Shown piece after piece: positions 24,544 through 38,500 of a stretch of DNA of 64,000 bases. Within the stretch, counting starts at the first letter, position 1. Each line of letters begins with the position of its first letter. The notes below the pieces were generated by a model, which searched no databases, was not told the DNA's origin, and saw only the letters and a list, made by a program, of their open reading frames with translations. The translations under genes and the position numbers were made by a program. Source of the DNA: Macrostomum lignano (taxonomy: Eukaryota); contig NIVC01002722.1 in NCBI GenBank assembly GCA_002269645.1, positions 62,001-126,000 of the forward strand, given 5' to 3'.

Positions 24544-27500
24544 ATGGGAAATATACACACAGTCGGACCTAATGAAGCCTTGGTAATTTCAGGTATGTAA
24601 GTTAGAGTATTACTTTCACGTTTAAAGTGTTTTTGTAATTAGAAAAAATATTTAAAACTAGGCTAAAATTGCAATGATTCTGATTGTTTTTTAAGAATTT
24701 CTTAGACTTGATTAGGCCCCTAATATAATATAACTTTTATAATTGTTTTTTTGTGTACACTACAGTTATTTTGTCTGCCACCAGTTACTCTGGACACATG
24801 ATTAAGGACTTCTTTAAGTTTAATGTTGATAAAATACTTTCGATTTTTTAATTTTTCTGTAATTTTCACTAGACACTTGGGGGATGCTAGAAATGATAAA
24901 AAAGTGAAAAAATCTCCAAAAAATACATTCTGTGGTGATGCAACCTCAGTTTATTAATCCCTTAGGCCAGGCCCTATGATGTCAATAAGAATTTGAAAAA
25001 AATTGTTTCAATGAATTTTGTATTTATAAATGAACATTTTTTAAAACAAAAAATAAGTTAATATGTTTTGTGAATATAAAATATATAAAAAAGAAATCAC
25101 AAGTAATAAACCACTTTCCAATTATAATGTAATGCTTATAATGCTTTTCGGTGCCTGGTATCTCGTTGCCCCAGTTTATATTACCCCAAAATTATGATAA
25201 TAAAAAATCTTATAATAAACATAATAAATACTTTACAAAATGTTCAATATTCCTAATAAAAGCAGTGTTAATTTTGTTCAACTGGCAGGTTTCTTTAAAT
25301 TGGAAAAATCCGTTCAATTTAATTGCATATATTTGCTATATCTTGTATATACAATACAAGTTGGCTGCACTCAGCAAGTGTGCTAGTGCTATGAAGACTT
25401 AGTTAGGAAAGTTGAAATCCATCAACGATGCTACATATAGTTTTGATCAAAATTCTGAAATGTGACAAGTCTATATGTATTTTAGTTAGTATTGATTTTT
25501 TCCCTATTGGAATAAGTTGACGAAACCCGGACGACCGTCCGTCGCATTTTTGGATTCTCCTGGTGTCGCGTCGCGCGACAGTGGTGTCAAGTGGAAACCT
25601 GGTGTCCTCATGCATTGTGTCGTGCGACACGACACAACGAGACGCGAAAGTGTGGCAACTTGGCGGCTGGTGTCGTCATGTGTTGCGTTGCACCTAGATC
25701 TGCAGCCAAAACCTTGCAAACTGTGTTTCATTGTAATAATATGTTCACAGTTATTTCTCGGTATTTAACTATTTCAAACACATTTAATGAAAACTAATTC
25801 TTGAATTGTTTTTTTTATTTCGACAGTAAAATAACTAATACTTCAAATATACTGTTGTACCTTTGTTGTTTTACTCTTTATTGTTTTTAAATTTCATTTC
25901 TTTTTCCGCAAAATTGAAAGGAATACTCTTGTCCCTCGCTCCATGGTCTTGGTGTCGGGAGTGAACGGCAGAACAAGAATTGTCAATTGCAACGTGGCTG
26001 CTGTGGCGTCCTTCCCCCCCCCCCCCCCGGTCATTCGGTCAACAGACATCACTGTTGCGTCGCGCGTTGCCGCCCCCGTCAAAAAAATTTGGTATTGCGT
26101 CGCACTTTTAAGGGCATAATTTTGGCACCCGTGTCGCACGTCCGCGGGTTTTTGAAACTTATTCCAATAGGGGATTTTTTGAATCACCCAATCATGTTTT
26201 ATTTCATAAAACTGCCTAAGAAATAAAGCAAGTATTATTTAATGAAGTAAAATCTTTTTGGGCATAACTATTGGACCATAATTAATCTATAAGATTTTAT
26301 TACAAGTGCATTTGGGACATTAGTTTAAAATTTTGACATGGCTGAGATGCACGGCTATAACGACATGAAAATAAATCAAAGTTCAAGTAACCAAAAACCA
26401 TTTTTTGAATTAAAACAGCAGGTCAGCTTAACTAAATAAAGAATACCTTTTTTATAATAAATAAGTACTGCAAAGACAAAGCACTTACTGCTAAATTAAG
26501 GCTCAATTTCTATATTTTGGGTCCAATTTTAATGTATAATTTGGGCACCAAAAAGCAAGCTGGGGCACCAAAATGACAGGCACCAAAAAGCGTGGATACC
26601 AGGTTTATCTCCCACCCAAGTCTAGAACTTATCAATATCATCTTGAATATGTCTCTATGCCTCTATTCAAGTTTATGTTGATAAAATCAATCCCTATAAA
26701 GAATCTCCCCATCCTAAAACCCCATATTCCCCATGACCTAATGGTTGGTTTTAAGCTACATATAGTTGGGTTAAAGCTACAAAAAATGAAAGCTCAAATT
26801 TGAAATCAGCACTATTAAAAACAAAATTATGCTCCTGTTAAAATTGCAACTAATTTATCAATATAAACTTGAAGAAGTCACATGATGGCCTTTTGTATTT
26901 TCTCAGACATTTGCTTTCAAAATATGTTTTGTAAAGGGTGCCACTAAATTCATCATTTGACATACTTTCTATTTATTTATGTCAATGCTTTTTTAGGATA
27001 GAAATTTTTGCTTGGGCCTATAAAATTTTTAAGCATCATAGACCATGATAATGTCAATTGAATTGTCACAAGTGGCAAACCTTATATATATTAAGTTTAT
27101 ATTTAAGGGAAATTTTCTATTTTTGGTATAAAATGGTATATTTAGCTAAAAAGGATTCTTGTTCCTGTTTATATTACTTTTACAATCTGGACCATATATG
27201 CACAACCTCCAAAATTCGGTTGGCTGTGTGACATAGTGACATAGTGACATGTGACATAGAAAATGCAACTTACATGTAAAGAAACACAATTAACACAACT
27301 TTGGATAAATTGCAGGAGTAACTGTGACTGTCTTATAAAGCCAAAATGCCTCGTCAGCTACTTAGTACTACTAGGTGTTTTTTGGGTGGGCATTTTTGTG
27401 ACTTCCTTGGTTGGCCGCCAAATTGGTCAGCCAGATCAGCTGACTGTTGCGCATGTATGATCTAGACCCTGGCAACATGGTATATAAAAATATTATATAG

Positions 27501-30500
27501 CAATGGCATTAATTTCTATACTTTTACTGCAAGCAACATATTATGCAAAAAATAGTACTTCATGCAAGTAAAACCAAGTGAAACAGAGCCTATGATTTTA
27601 TTTTCACTTTTGTTATAATCATTTTAATGAGATTTATGACAAAGTGATCATAGGACAAAAATAGGAGAGTATAATTTTGGCTCTTTGCTTATTGTGTGCC
27701 CCAAAGGGAGGCACTAGATTGCTAGTTTTTACTAATAATAAATGTCAATTAGTCATTTCATAGATAGGCCTAGTGTCTGATCAATATCAAAATAATAAAA
27801 ACTATGTCTATAGACTCATTTATAAATATTTAAGTCAATAAAATCTAATAATAATATATACTTTTTAATGCTTTTATATAGACATTACGAGTAACTGTGT
27901 TCTATAAAAAGATGGGATAGATAAAAATAAAAGAAGGTGCACATATCTTTAGCTACTTTAATACATTGGATGTGCTATAACTTTATGCTATGATTTCATA
28001 TTATGATCTAGTAAAATCAATCTTATATTAATATATGTAATTTTACTATTAACTTCAAGTGATTGTAGAACAAAATAGATATCTTCAGTTTGTCTGACAA
28101 TCAGCTTCATTCAATCATTTATATGGTAGTATAACAAAAGTGAATATATATGCTCTTTTAATAAAGATATAAGTCCCATCTAGTGTTCTGGAGGTTCATA
28201 TTTTGTTACACAAGCTCATATTTTTGGGGTTTTACTAATTTAATTGTATATGTATTTTTTATTTATTTAATCCAACCCCCCTCTCTCTTTGCTAACCTCA
28301 CCCCCACGTTAAATTATTAAATAAAAATGGCGTGATTTTGGTAAGCGTGCTTTTTGCTAAGTGGTTGCTTGTTTTGTTTGCCTGCGCAAGAATTCAGAAG
28401 TATTGAAGGCTACAAACATCTGATTATACTTAATTATTTTTTTGGTTTTTGAAGAGTTAGTCAATTTAATGTCTAGTATATGCTTTCTCAGTCATGCGCA
28501 ACCTTTGGATTCACTTGGCTGTTTCTATTGGCAACACACACATGTAAGTTGCTATTGGACCATACATGCGCAACCCCCTTGATTTACACTGGCCATGCAA
28601 CTTACTTTTTGACCAAAAATGCGACTTACCTGTGAAAGAAACCCTAACACAGTTTTGGGTAAACGGCAGGAGTAATTACGACTCTCTTATAAGGCCTAAA
28701 TGCCTCATCATCTAATTAGTACTAGGTCTGTATTCTTTAGGCTGGGCATTTTTGCGACTTACCCCTAGTCCACCACAATTTACGGTGGCCAGATCGGCCA
28801 GGTCGGCCAGCAGTTGCGTATGTATGCTATTGGACGGAATAGTAGTCATGTGACTGCTCTCAGCCAATAGCAACTTACATGTGTGTGTTGCCAATAGAAA
28901 CGGCCGGGTGAATCCCTAGGTTGTGCCCAAGCATGTGCTTTCTTAAACTCTAAATTAATTTTAATTATTTTTGGGATTGCATAAAAAAACACCTACTCTC
29001 ATATAGACAGGGGATAGGAGATAGGGGATTATGAGACAAAATACTATTACTGTTACTATTACAAAAATTAATTAAAAATAAAAACTAATGGACATTAATG
29101 CAAAATGATTTTGATAATTAATTTCTACTCAAAGATAAAGTAAATTTAAATGCTTAGAGATTTTTTTCTTTGTATGAGTATATAAGCCTAATGCATATAT
29201 TTTTTCTTGATAATCTAATGCCTAGATATTTTTGTCCATAGTATTAGCATTTTTTCTAATAGACATATGATTGTCCTTGCCTGTAGGATAAACTCTAATA
29301 AATTAAAATAAATTTTTATTTTATTCATTTGTTTAAAGACAACAAACAACTACAACAAAATATAGTAAATTAGTAAAAAGAGTGTCAGATGTCATGTCAA
29401 AGTGCTAATAAGTAGAAAAATCAACCTTTTCAAATAAAAGTTTTATAAATAATATACCACATAACTTAATATGTTTTGTTTCTTATATCATATAATATAT
29501 AATAAAACAATAGACCCTTAATTAGGACCCGATTCTTGAGTACTTGATTTAGAATTCTTAGTGCTCCAACTTTATATAGCTTAAATATCAAAACTTTTTA
29601 TAGCAGAAAATGATCAAACTGGTAGGCAACTTTTCACAAATATTAGAAAACAAAAGGTAGCAGACTAAATGTAGTCATTTTTACCTTTTTTGAATATCTA
29701 CAAGTATTATTTTACAATCTGTTATATATGCAACTATTTTTACAAAGATCTTGCTCAACCCTTATGTTCACCCTTAGCCAGTATCAATATTACCAAGTTA
29801 ATATTGCCAATTTAAAATCCAAATCCAATCCAAACAAGTAAAATAATCAGTTTGAAATCATAATATCAATTACTTCAAACTTTTAAGGTGGTTGCTGTGG
29901 CGACCAGAGTGTCCGTCGCATCATTGGAGGCTGGGGCTGGGCTTGGTGGCTTGTAACACAAACTCAGAAGTGAGTAATTAGTTATTGTTAAACTTGATAA
30001 TATATTAATGTAGTGGGTCCAGCGCGTTTGTCTATAATTTTTTGTTTATTTTTTCAGACTAACTTTGGAGGTGTTCACACTGAAGCCGCGCTGTGAGAGT
30101 GTTGAAACCTCCGAGGGTGTAGCTCTGACAGTGACAGGTATGATATTGATTTATTTTATTCATTTTTCTGGAGTTGGGAGTGATAAGATTTAAACTGGAA
30201 GTGACGTATGGAAAATGGGATATTTTAGTGGGGATGTAGAGAGGGGAAAATACAGAAGGGATGTAGAGAGGTGAGACCCCATAGGGAGTGTAGAGAGGAG
30301 AGAACCCAGAGGGGTGTAGAGAGGGGAGAACCCATAGGGAGTGTAGAGAGGTGAGAACCTAGAGGGGTGTAGAGAGGGGAGAACCCATAGGGAGTGTAGA
30401 GAGGTGAGAACCCAGAGGGGTGTAGAGAGGGGAGAACCCATAGGGAGTGTAGAGAGGTGAGAACCTAGAGGGGTGTAGAGAGGGGAGAACCCATAGGGAG

Positions 30501-33500
30501 TGTAGAGAGGTGAGAACCCAGAGGGGTGTAGAGAGGGGAGAACCCATAGGGAGTGTAGAGAGGTGAGAACCCAGAGGGGTGTAGAGAGGGGAGAACCCAT
30601 AGGGAGTGTAGAGAGGTGAGAACCTAGAGGGGTGTAGAGAGGGGAGAACCCATAGGGAGTGTAGAGAGGTGAGAACCCAGAGGGGTGTAGAGAGGGGAGA
30701 ACCCATAGGGAGTGTAGAGAGGTGAGAACCCAGAGGGGTGTAGAGAGGGGAGAACCCATAGGGAGTGTAGAGAGGTGAGAACCCAGAGGGGTGTAGAGAG
30801 GGGAGAACCCATAGGGAGTGTAGAGAGGTGAGAACCTAGAGGGGTGTAGAGAGGGGAGAACCCATAGGGAGTGTAGAGAGGTGAGAACCCAGAGGGGTGT
30901 AGAGAGGGGAGAACCCATAGGGAGTGTAGAGAGGTGAGAACCCAGAGGGGTGTAGAGAGGGGAGAACCCATAGGGAGTGTAGAGAGGGGAGAACCCATAG
31001 GGAGTGTAGAGAGGTGAGAACCCAGAGGGGTGTAGAGAGGGGAGAACCCATAGGGAGTGTAGAGAGGTGAGAACCCAGAGGGGTGTAGAGAGGGGAGAAC
31101 CCAGAGGGAATGTAGAGGGGGAAGAACCCAGGGGGATGTAGAGAGGGGAGAACCCAGAGGGAATGTAGAGGGGGAAGAACCCAGGGGGAATGTAAAGAGG
31201 GGAGACCCAGAGGGAATGTAGAGGGGGAAGAACCCAGGGGGATGTAGAGAGGGGAGAACCCAGAGGGGTGTAGAGAGGGGAGAACCCAGAGGGGTGTAGA
31301 GAGGGGAGAACTCAGAGGGGTGTAGAGAGGGGAGAACCCAGAGGGGATGTAGAGAGGGGAAAGTTCTGGGTGATGTTAAAAGCAGCGAGTCGACAGTAGA
31401 TGACACGAATGGCATCCCTTTAATCAAAGGCGTCGCCCAAGTGAAGGTGATGCGAGATGATGAGATTCTGGCCACCGCCTGCGAGCAGTTTCTGGGCAAG
31501 TCGCGCCAAGAGATGGAGGAGACAATCCTGCAGACCATGGAGGGCCATCTGCGCGCCATCCTGGGCACCCTGACTGTCGAGGCCATCTACAAAGATCGTG
31601 ACCAATTCGCTGAACTTGTCCGCGAAGTGGCCGCACCGGATGTAGGCAAAATGGGCATCGAAATTCTGTCCTTCACCATCAAGGACATCTACGACAAGGT
31701 GGACTATCTAAACAGCCTCGGCCGCACGCAGACTGCCGTTATCAAGAGAGACGCCGATATTGGCGTGGCCGAAGCCGAGAGAGACGCCGGCATTGTTGAA
31801 TCGTCCTGCCAGCGAGCCAGAATGGATGTCAAGTACGACATGGACTCGAAAATTGCCGACAGTGCCAGGACCTTCCAGATGCAGAAGGGCGCTTTCGATG
31901 TGGAAGTGAATAGGGCCAAGGCCGAGTCCGAGCTGGCCTATAATCTCCAGGGTGCCAAGGAGAGGCAGAAGATCCGAGCTGAGGAAATCGAAATTGAGGT
32001 GAGATAATCTAATGCTTTGTGGGTGGAAAACAGGGTGTGAAGAGGATAACAGGGGAGGGTGAGAAGAGGGTAACAGGGGAGGGTGAAAAGAGATAATAGG
32101 GGAGGGTGAGAATAGGGTAACAGGGGATGGTGAGAAGAGGGTAACAGGGGAGGGTGAGAATAGGGTAACAGGGGAGGGTGAGAATAGGGTAACAGAAGAG
32201 GGTGAGAAGAGGGTAACAGGGGAGGGTGAGAAGGGGATAACAGGGGATGGTGAGAAGAGGGTAACAGGGGATGGTGAGAAGAGGGTAACAGGGGATGGTG
32301 AGAAGAGGGTAACAGGGGAGGGTTAGAAGAGGGTAACAGGGGAGGGTGAGAAGAGGATAACAGGGGATGGTGAGAAGGGGATAACAGGGGCTGGTGAGAA
32401 GAGGGTAACAGGGGATGGTGAGAAGAGGGTAACAGGGGAGGGTTAGAAGAGGGTAACAGGGGAGGGTTAGAAGAGGGTAACACGGGAGGGTTAGAAGAGG
32501 GTAACAGGGGAGGGTTAGAAGAGGGTAACAGGGGAGGGTTAGAAGAGGGTAACAGGGGAGGGTTAGAAGAGGGTAACAGAGGAGGGTGAAAAGGGTAACA
32601 GGGGAGGGTGAAAAATGGGTAACAGGATAGAGTTAGAAGAGGGTAACAGGGGAGGGTGAAAAGGGTAACAGGGGAGGGTGAAAAATGGGTAACAGGATAG
32701 AGTTAGAAGAGGGTAACAGGGGAGGGTGAGATGAGGTTAACAGGGGAGGGAGAGGGTAACAGATGATTTGCTCTGTTGTTATTTCAAGTGATAGTTAAGA
32801 TTAAAAAGTTAAATTTACTAATTTGATTTCAAATTGCTGCAGGTTCTGTCTCACTTTGTGTGTTAGAAACAGAGATAGTCAAATAAATCAATCCTGAGTT
32901 TGCGCACCCCTTCTCATTCACAGCGAACAGCAGAATTCAGACAGTGCTCAATGCGTATTGACTGTATATTTAAGATAAGGCGAGAACCTTTATAGATTTA
33001 CAACTAGCTAGGTACTCGCATATCAGTGTGCAGCAATTACGTTCGTCTATTTTTTTGTTTTCTGAACTTGAAACATTTAATTTGATCTTTTTGCCATTAG
33101 TAAAGGTCAAGTAAGGTCAAATGAATATTATTTATGTACTGCATTGACAAAAAACTTAATAATATAGTACGTTACACTGTCTATTTGTATCGAAAACAAG
33201 TTTAATAATTACCACGCCGATATGTATCGAAAAAATCATTAATCATCACTTCACCGCCTATATGTATAAAAATTGGTTTCTTAATTACCCTGCCGAAATG
33301 TATTGAAAGCAGGTTTAATAAGTATCCCGCCGATATGTATCGAAGGCAGGTTTAATAATTATCCTGCCGATATGTATCGAAAGCAGGTTTAATAATTATC
33401 CCGTCGATATTTATCGAAAGCAGGTTTAATAAATATCCCGCCGATATGTATTGAAAGCAAGTTTAATAATTAACCTGCCGATATGTATCGAAAACTGGTT

Positions 33501-34220
33501 TAATAAAGTATCCCGTAGATATGTATCGAAAGCAGGTTTTTTTATAATTCTCCCGCCGATATGTATCGAAAGCAGGTTTAACAAATATCCCGCCCATATG
33601 TATTGAAAGCAAGTTTAATAATTAACCTACCGATATGTATCGAAAACTGGTTTTTTTAATTATTGCGCCGATATGTATCGATACAAATAAAATAAGTGGC
33701 ACCTCCACTACCCTGGCAGGTTCGCGAGAAGCGCAAGCTGATTGAAATCGAAGAGAAAGAAATCATTCGCAACGAGAAGGAGCTTGACGCCAACGTTCGC
33801 CGCCCTGCCGAGGCGCAGGCCTTCAAAGTGCAGACCATCGCGGCCGGTGACCGGTTCCGCAAAGTGAAGGTGGCCCAGGCCGAGGCTGAGTCCATCCGAG
33901 TGCGCGGCTCAGCCGAGGCCGCCAGCATCGAGGCGGTTGGCAAGGCCCAGGCAGAGGAGATGCGACTCAAGGCCTCGGCTTTCCGAGCCTACGGCGACGC
34001 CGCCATCTTGGAGCTGACACTGGACGCTCTGCCGCGCGTTGCTGCCGAGGTGGCCGCGCCGCTGTCCAAGATTGACGAGATTGTTGTGCTGGGCGACGAT
34101 CGAACCACGTCTGAGGTGTCGCGCCTGCTGAGCAGCCTGCCGCCAGCTGTGCAGGCCCTGACGGGAGTTGATCTGTCCAAAGCCCTTGGCAAACTGCCAG
34201 GAGCCACGGCCACCGCTTAG
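24544..34220 (+). CDS. FLOT2: Flotillin-2 (reggie-1); join(24544..24592,29888..29969,30058..30137,31430..31998,33720..34220), ~426 aa
   Basis: MGNIHTVGPNEALVISG-GCCG...GGWGWAWW, SPFH core EGHLRAILGTLTVEAIYKDRDQF, EAEA coiled coil, ALTGVDLSK. Four GT-AG introns with consistent phases. Confidence 0.95.
25502..26172. mobile_element. Non-autonomous DNA transposon (671 bp) in FLOT2 intron 1
   Basis: 17-bp TIR CCCTATTGGAATAAGTT; 8-bp TSD GATTTTTT at 25494-501 and 26173-80; GC/CpG-rich interior in AT-rich context. Confidence 0.8.
28495..28930. mobile_element. MITE-like element with ~60-bp TIRs; diverged internal-only copy at ~27260-27460
   Basis: GTTTCTATTGGCAACACACACATGTAAGTTGCTATTGG at ~28530 and its reverse complement at ~28863-28900. 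Interior resembles 27260-27460. Confidence 0.65.
30255..31365. repeat. 53-bp (26+27) G/A-rich minisatellite, FLOT2 intron 3
   Basis: AGAACCCAGAGGGGTGTAGAGAGGGG / AGAACCCATAGGGAGTGTAGAGAGGTG units alternate. Confidence 0.95.
32035..32760. repeat. 24-bp G-rich minisatellite (GGGTAACAGGGGAGGGTGAGAAGA), FLOT2 intron 4
   Basis: Tandem units read directly. Confidence 0.95.
33175..33680. repeat. ~37-38-bp minisatellite (CCGCCGATATGTATCGAAAGCAGGTTTAATAATTATC), FLOT2 intron 4
   Basis: Tandem degenerate units, each with the quasi-palindrome CGATATGTATCG. Confidence 0.9.
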
Positions 34221-35234
34221 GCGATGGACTTGACTTTGAAAAACCCCCCCAACTATCAGGTGTGGGTTCTTCTAGCATGGCCTGTTTTACTAACTCCTAA
34301 AATTATATCCTGTTGATTAAATTAATTATTTTATACTCTATCTTCATTGTCTAGAGCACATAAAATTATTAATAAAGATAATAGAAAAGTTTTGTCGTTT
34401 TTTTCTTAAAATTTCTATTAAAAAACAGTAAAATTCAAAACTGCCTACTGACTGTTTGTCTGTCAGTAGTCTCGTCAGGGTGTTTTTTCGGCGTTTTAAT
34501 TTGCGCACAGTTTGATTGGCAGCTCGATTCTGTCAAGTAATTTTGTTATTGTTCGGCAAAAATTTTCGCGCTAAATTCAAAATTCAATTGTACGCCTTGC
34601 ACGTTTGGCATCTCATTAAATAATGAATTATTTATTATTAGAAACGCTTTGTCTGTCCACCTTGTTCTGCTAAGTGCATGTGCAATACGCTCTATAAACT
34701 TAACCTTCTTTGAATTATTTTTCTTTGTCTTTAATAATATCAAGACTATATTCTCCTTTCTGTCTAAACAATACTGCTTCACTCGCTAATGATGTACAAG
34801 CGTGTATCCCTGTCCAAATATTTATCGATGGCTTTGCCTAACCGGATACTAATAAGCTTGTTTTTTATTTGTCTATCCAATATTTATTATCTGTATTCGA
34901 TATGTTGAATATGGGCCACTAATTTCGCCGACTTATATATTGAAAAAAACGATTATAGTTTTTTTACTATAGTGGTATCTGAGCCATGCGTTATATATTA
35001 ACTCGAAACTAATGATTGTGTAAGTGTTACTTTTTTCGAAAATTTTAGTAGGCAAGTTTTACCAAAAATACAATTACGGGGATAGAGGGTCTTCCTTTTT
35101 TCAGCACAAATATTTGTATTGCTTTTGATAGGAGACAGACTTAATGTTCATCTTTGGATATGCTTTGTTCTTATATAGCACTTATGAGTTCTAGGCATAG
35201 GGCCTTCAAAGTATATAGTGATATAGGCAAAAAT

Positions 35235-35525
35235 GGGTTTTAACCTAGTGGTTACAGTGTCAGACTCACGGCTTGAGGGTCGGGGGTTCGATTCCCTATC
35301 CCACTGGAACGATTTGTGTCCTTGAGCAAGACACTTAACTCTGCATTCCTTCAGTTCCCCCCAGCTGTAAAATGGTTCCCAGCATTAGCTGTGGTTATTG
35401 AGGGTGGGTGGCGACCCCCAGTCCTTGGACTGAACAGCCGTACGCAGCCTTCAGATGCGGCGCGCAATAGCTGCGACTGAGCTGTCGGTTGCACATCTGG
35501 CCATTACAGCAGGTGTAATCAATTA
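35235..35525 (+). mobile_element. tRNA-derived SINE with CORE-like central domain
   Basis: A-box-like CTAGTGGTT, B-box GGTTCGATTCC, then GTGTCCTTGAGCAAGACACTTAACTC...CAGTT...CTGTAAAATGG resembling the MIR CORE. Its 3' half recurs at 60737-60870. Confidence 0.75.
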
Positions 35526-38500
35526 TTAAATTAGGAATAGGAAACGTGCGTTGTATATAAAACTAAAATTGAACCCTCATTTTCTTAACGAAAAGCTCTT
35601 TAAATATCAATCTATAAAGATTAAATTTGCCTCCTATCAAAAGCAATAGCAGTTTTTGTGCTGCAAAAATGGAAACCTATTATCTCCCGTAATGTATTCT
35701 TCGGTAAAAACCTGCCTTTTTTAAATTTCTCCAAGAAACATAGCTTCCCGTCCTTCGTGAGTTGTCCTTGGTGTTGCCTGCACATGGGTCGACACGGACA
35801 CTGAATAAATTCCTACGTGCCTCAGGATAGTAGACTCACCTATGATAGAAAATCACCAGGATAGTAGACTCTTCTATGAATGAGTTTTAACTCGACAAAG
35901 TTTTAAGTGCATCAGGAAAGCAATCACGGATATCTCTGACGCAAACAGCTCGATACAAAAAGAAGATCGTTGCATCAACTGGCCAAACCAAGCAGACTTA
36001 ATTGGCTCATCAAGATTAAGACAAGATCAAAAAGACACAAAATATTTATTGACGCCCGTTGGGAGAGGTGTACGCCTATCAACATTATAAAACTCTCAGT
36101 TTTGTAAATGAATCTTAATTTTACAATGAACAATTTACAAGGATGAAAAACTTGAAAAAGTTCCAAAATGTGGCTTACTTCTCAACAACACGTTAATTCT
36201 AATAACGTTAGAATTTTTACGTCAAGGGTCCTGAGAATTAACAGAAGTTCAAATTCAAATCTGCTTAAGCGTGGTTTCTTTCAGAACGTATTTAATTATA
36301 AATTGCAACAGGGTTTCAAGCCTAAAATGGTAATCTAAAAGCCCGCTTATTATTCTGGTTGGTTACTATATAATAGTATATTGCTCTTTCTCGTCTGTGA
36401 GCACGTTACATAAAGTTCTTTGTTCATTGGTTAATAATCATAGAGTTGTGTACATAAAGTTATTATTGATGAGAAATAAGAAGTTATTGTTAGGTGTGCA
36501 TAAAGCAGGTTAATTATTATTTCTTTTTTAGCAAACCGGCTTGAGCCAGCGGAGGGGTCGACACCACCTGAGCTGCACCCCAGCAAAACTTATTTACTAA
36601 TCTTCTATCATGCGTGCATTGAAATTATTTTTTCATCGAATATTGTTATTTTCTCTTGTCAATCCAGTTTAAGTACTGTAACAGATCGTTTATCGGTAGC
36701 TAGTCTCTGAAGGCCTCTCACACCAACTACCTTACACGCCTGCTACCCCTCTGCCACGACAGACAGAAGCTTCGAAGAACTGAGACAAGTCCTTTCTTAG
36801 GTTTGAGCTCAAACTTTACTAAACTCGGCAGTGGAGAGCCTCGGCTTTTCCAATTGCATTGTATTTATAATGCTCGGCATTGTGCTCGGGGGCATGCAGT
36901 GTTGGGGTGGTCGCGTGATATTTTTCCGCCCCACCCATCTTATTTTCTTGTTTGCATGGTTAGCTAGTTTGATGAATTAACACAGAGAGGGCACGCATGG
37001 TCTGCGTGGCTGTTTTAGTGCAGGCAAATGGGTGGGTTTATCATTAATTATCTTGATAAGTTTGTAATAGCATATCAGCGTTTTGAACGCTGATAAGTAC
37101 CAAGTAAATTTCTTGAATATACCTCGGAAATAGAGACCATCAGCGAGTCTGCCGAGACAGCTCCCATGCACAACTCGATCGCCCTGACAGCTGTGCCAGC
37201 AGGCGGAGCTCTCCGATTCAAATGAAGCAAGTTTGTGTTTTTTCTGTGCTTGGTAAATATAGAGGGGCAAGGGTAACGGAGAGGTATACCAGCCAGTTCA
37301 GTTAATTATTCTAAATAAAGTTTTTACCTGCTGTACAGAGACTTGTCTCAAATCTCTAAGAGCGAATGGCCGCATAGAGGTGGGCAGCTGGGTACTAACC
37401 GCCTTTCTTGCAGCCTTTTTAGTAGACCATTCTTCCTTTAGCACTGACAGCCCCTCGACACCCAGCCCATTACGCTTGCGTTCTGAAACTGCTAGCCTGG
37501 CTTCTCAGTGTAAGTTTTTCTTTGCTTTTTGTTAGTCTGATAGAATTCAGAAATGTTAACGGCACAATAAAAAATCGATCTCGTTCCGGTGTCCATTAGT
37601 CGCCTGATGCCATCTTTTGAAGGTGCCGACGGCGTCGGGTGATGAAGGGATGCTTGAGAGACCAGCTGAGGATGTCCAGCAGTTGAGGTTTGCCCACTGT
37701 TGAGGCTTGATCAGTGAAACTGAAGAAATTAGCAACGGGGTGTCATCTGACGCCGCCTTGCACACCGGTCTTGTGGCTATTTCTACAGTTGACTGTCCCA
37801 ACTGTGGACTGAACTTCAACTGGGCAAGCTGTTCCTGTGGGAGTAGTCTGAGGATTTCAGCCGTTTCAGGGCCTTTGTACGTATTTGTCTTTAAAGGAGT
37901 ATGTAAGGAAGGCTCTCCTACAATTCTAGCTTAAAAACCATTGCATTTTACATTATAATGGGGTACCTTCATTTTCATAAATAACCATTACATATACGAG
38001 TAATGTTTTAAATAGCTATTAAAAGTGATGCTTGGGTTGTAAATATCTCACGCTCGTAATGGCAAAAAAGATAAACAGAGGGTTGAGCATGGGTAAAGCT
38101 AGTTGAGTCATGCTTACGTTGCGTTTTTATTTTTCCACAAATTTCTAGAGCTGCATATACTATACATACTATACAACTTACTACATACAACATACATTGC
38201 TCCTATTGTACTGCTTGTTCAATTTATGCACAGTGATTGTTGTTGTTGCCACGTAGTTTTCTAAAATATGAGAGGCTGAGTGGTTTTCTAACAATAACAT
38301 TGTTGATTCTTAAACTATTTGAGAAAGCAATTTTACTAAAACTTCATGACGGTTCGATCGAAGATACTGTAAATTCGAGAAAAAATGGGTTGCGGAAAGA
38401 ACGAAAATTAATGGATAAATGGGTGAATCGACTAGATAATTTTTGTAGATCAAGCATTTTATTTTCCGTCTAACTTTATAGAATCAAGGCTAAAATTAGA

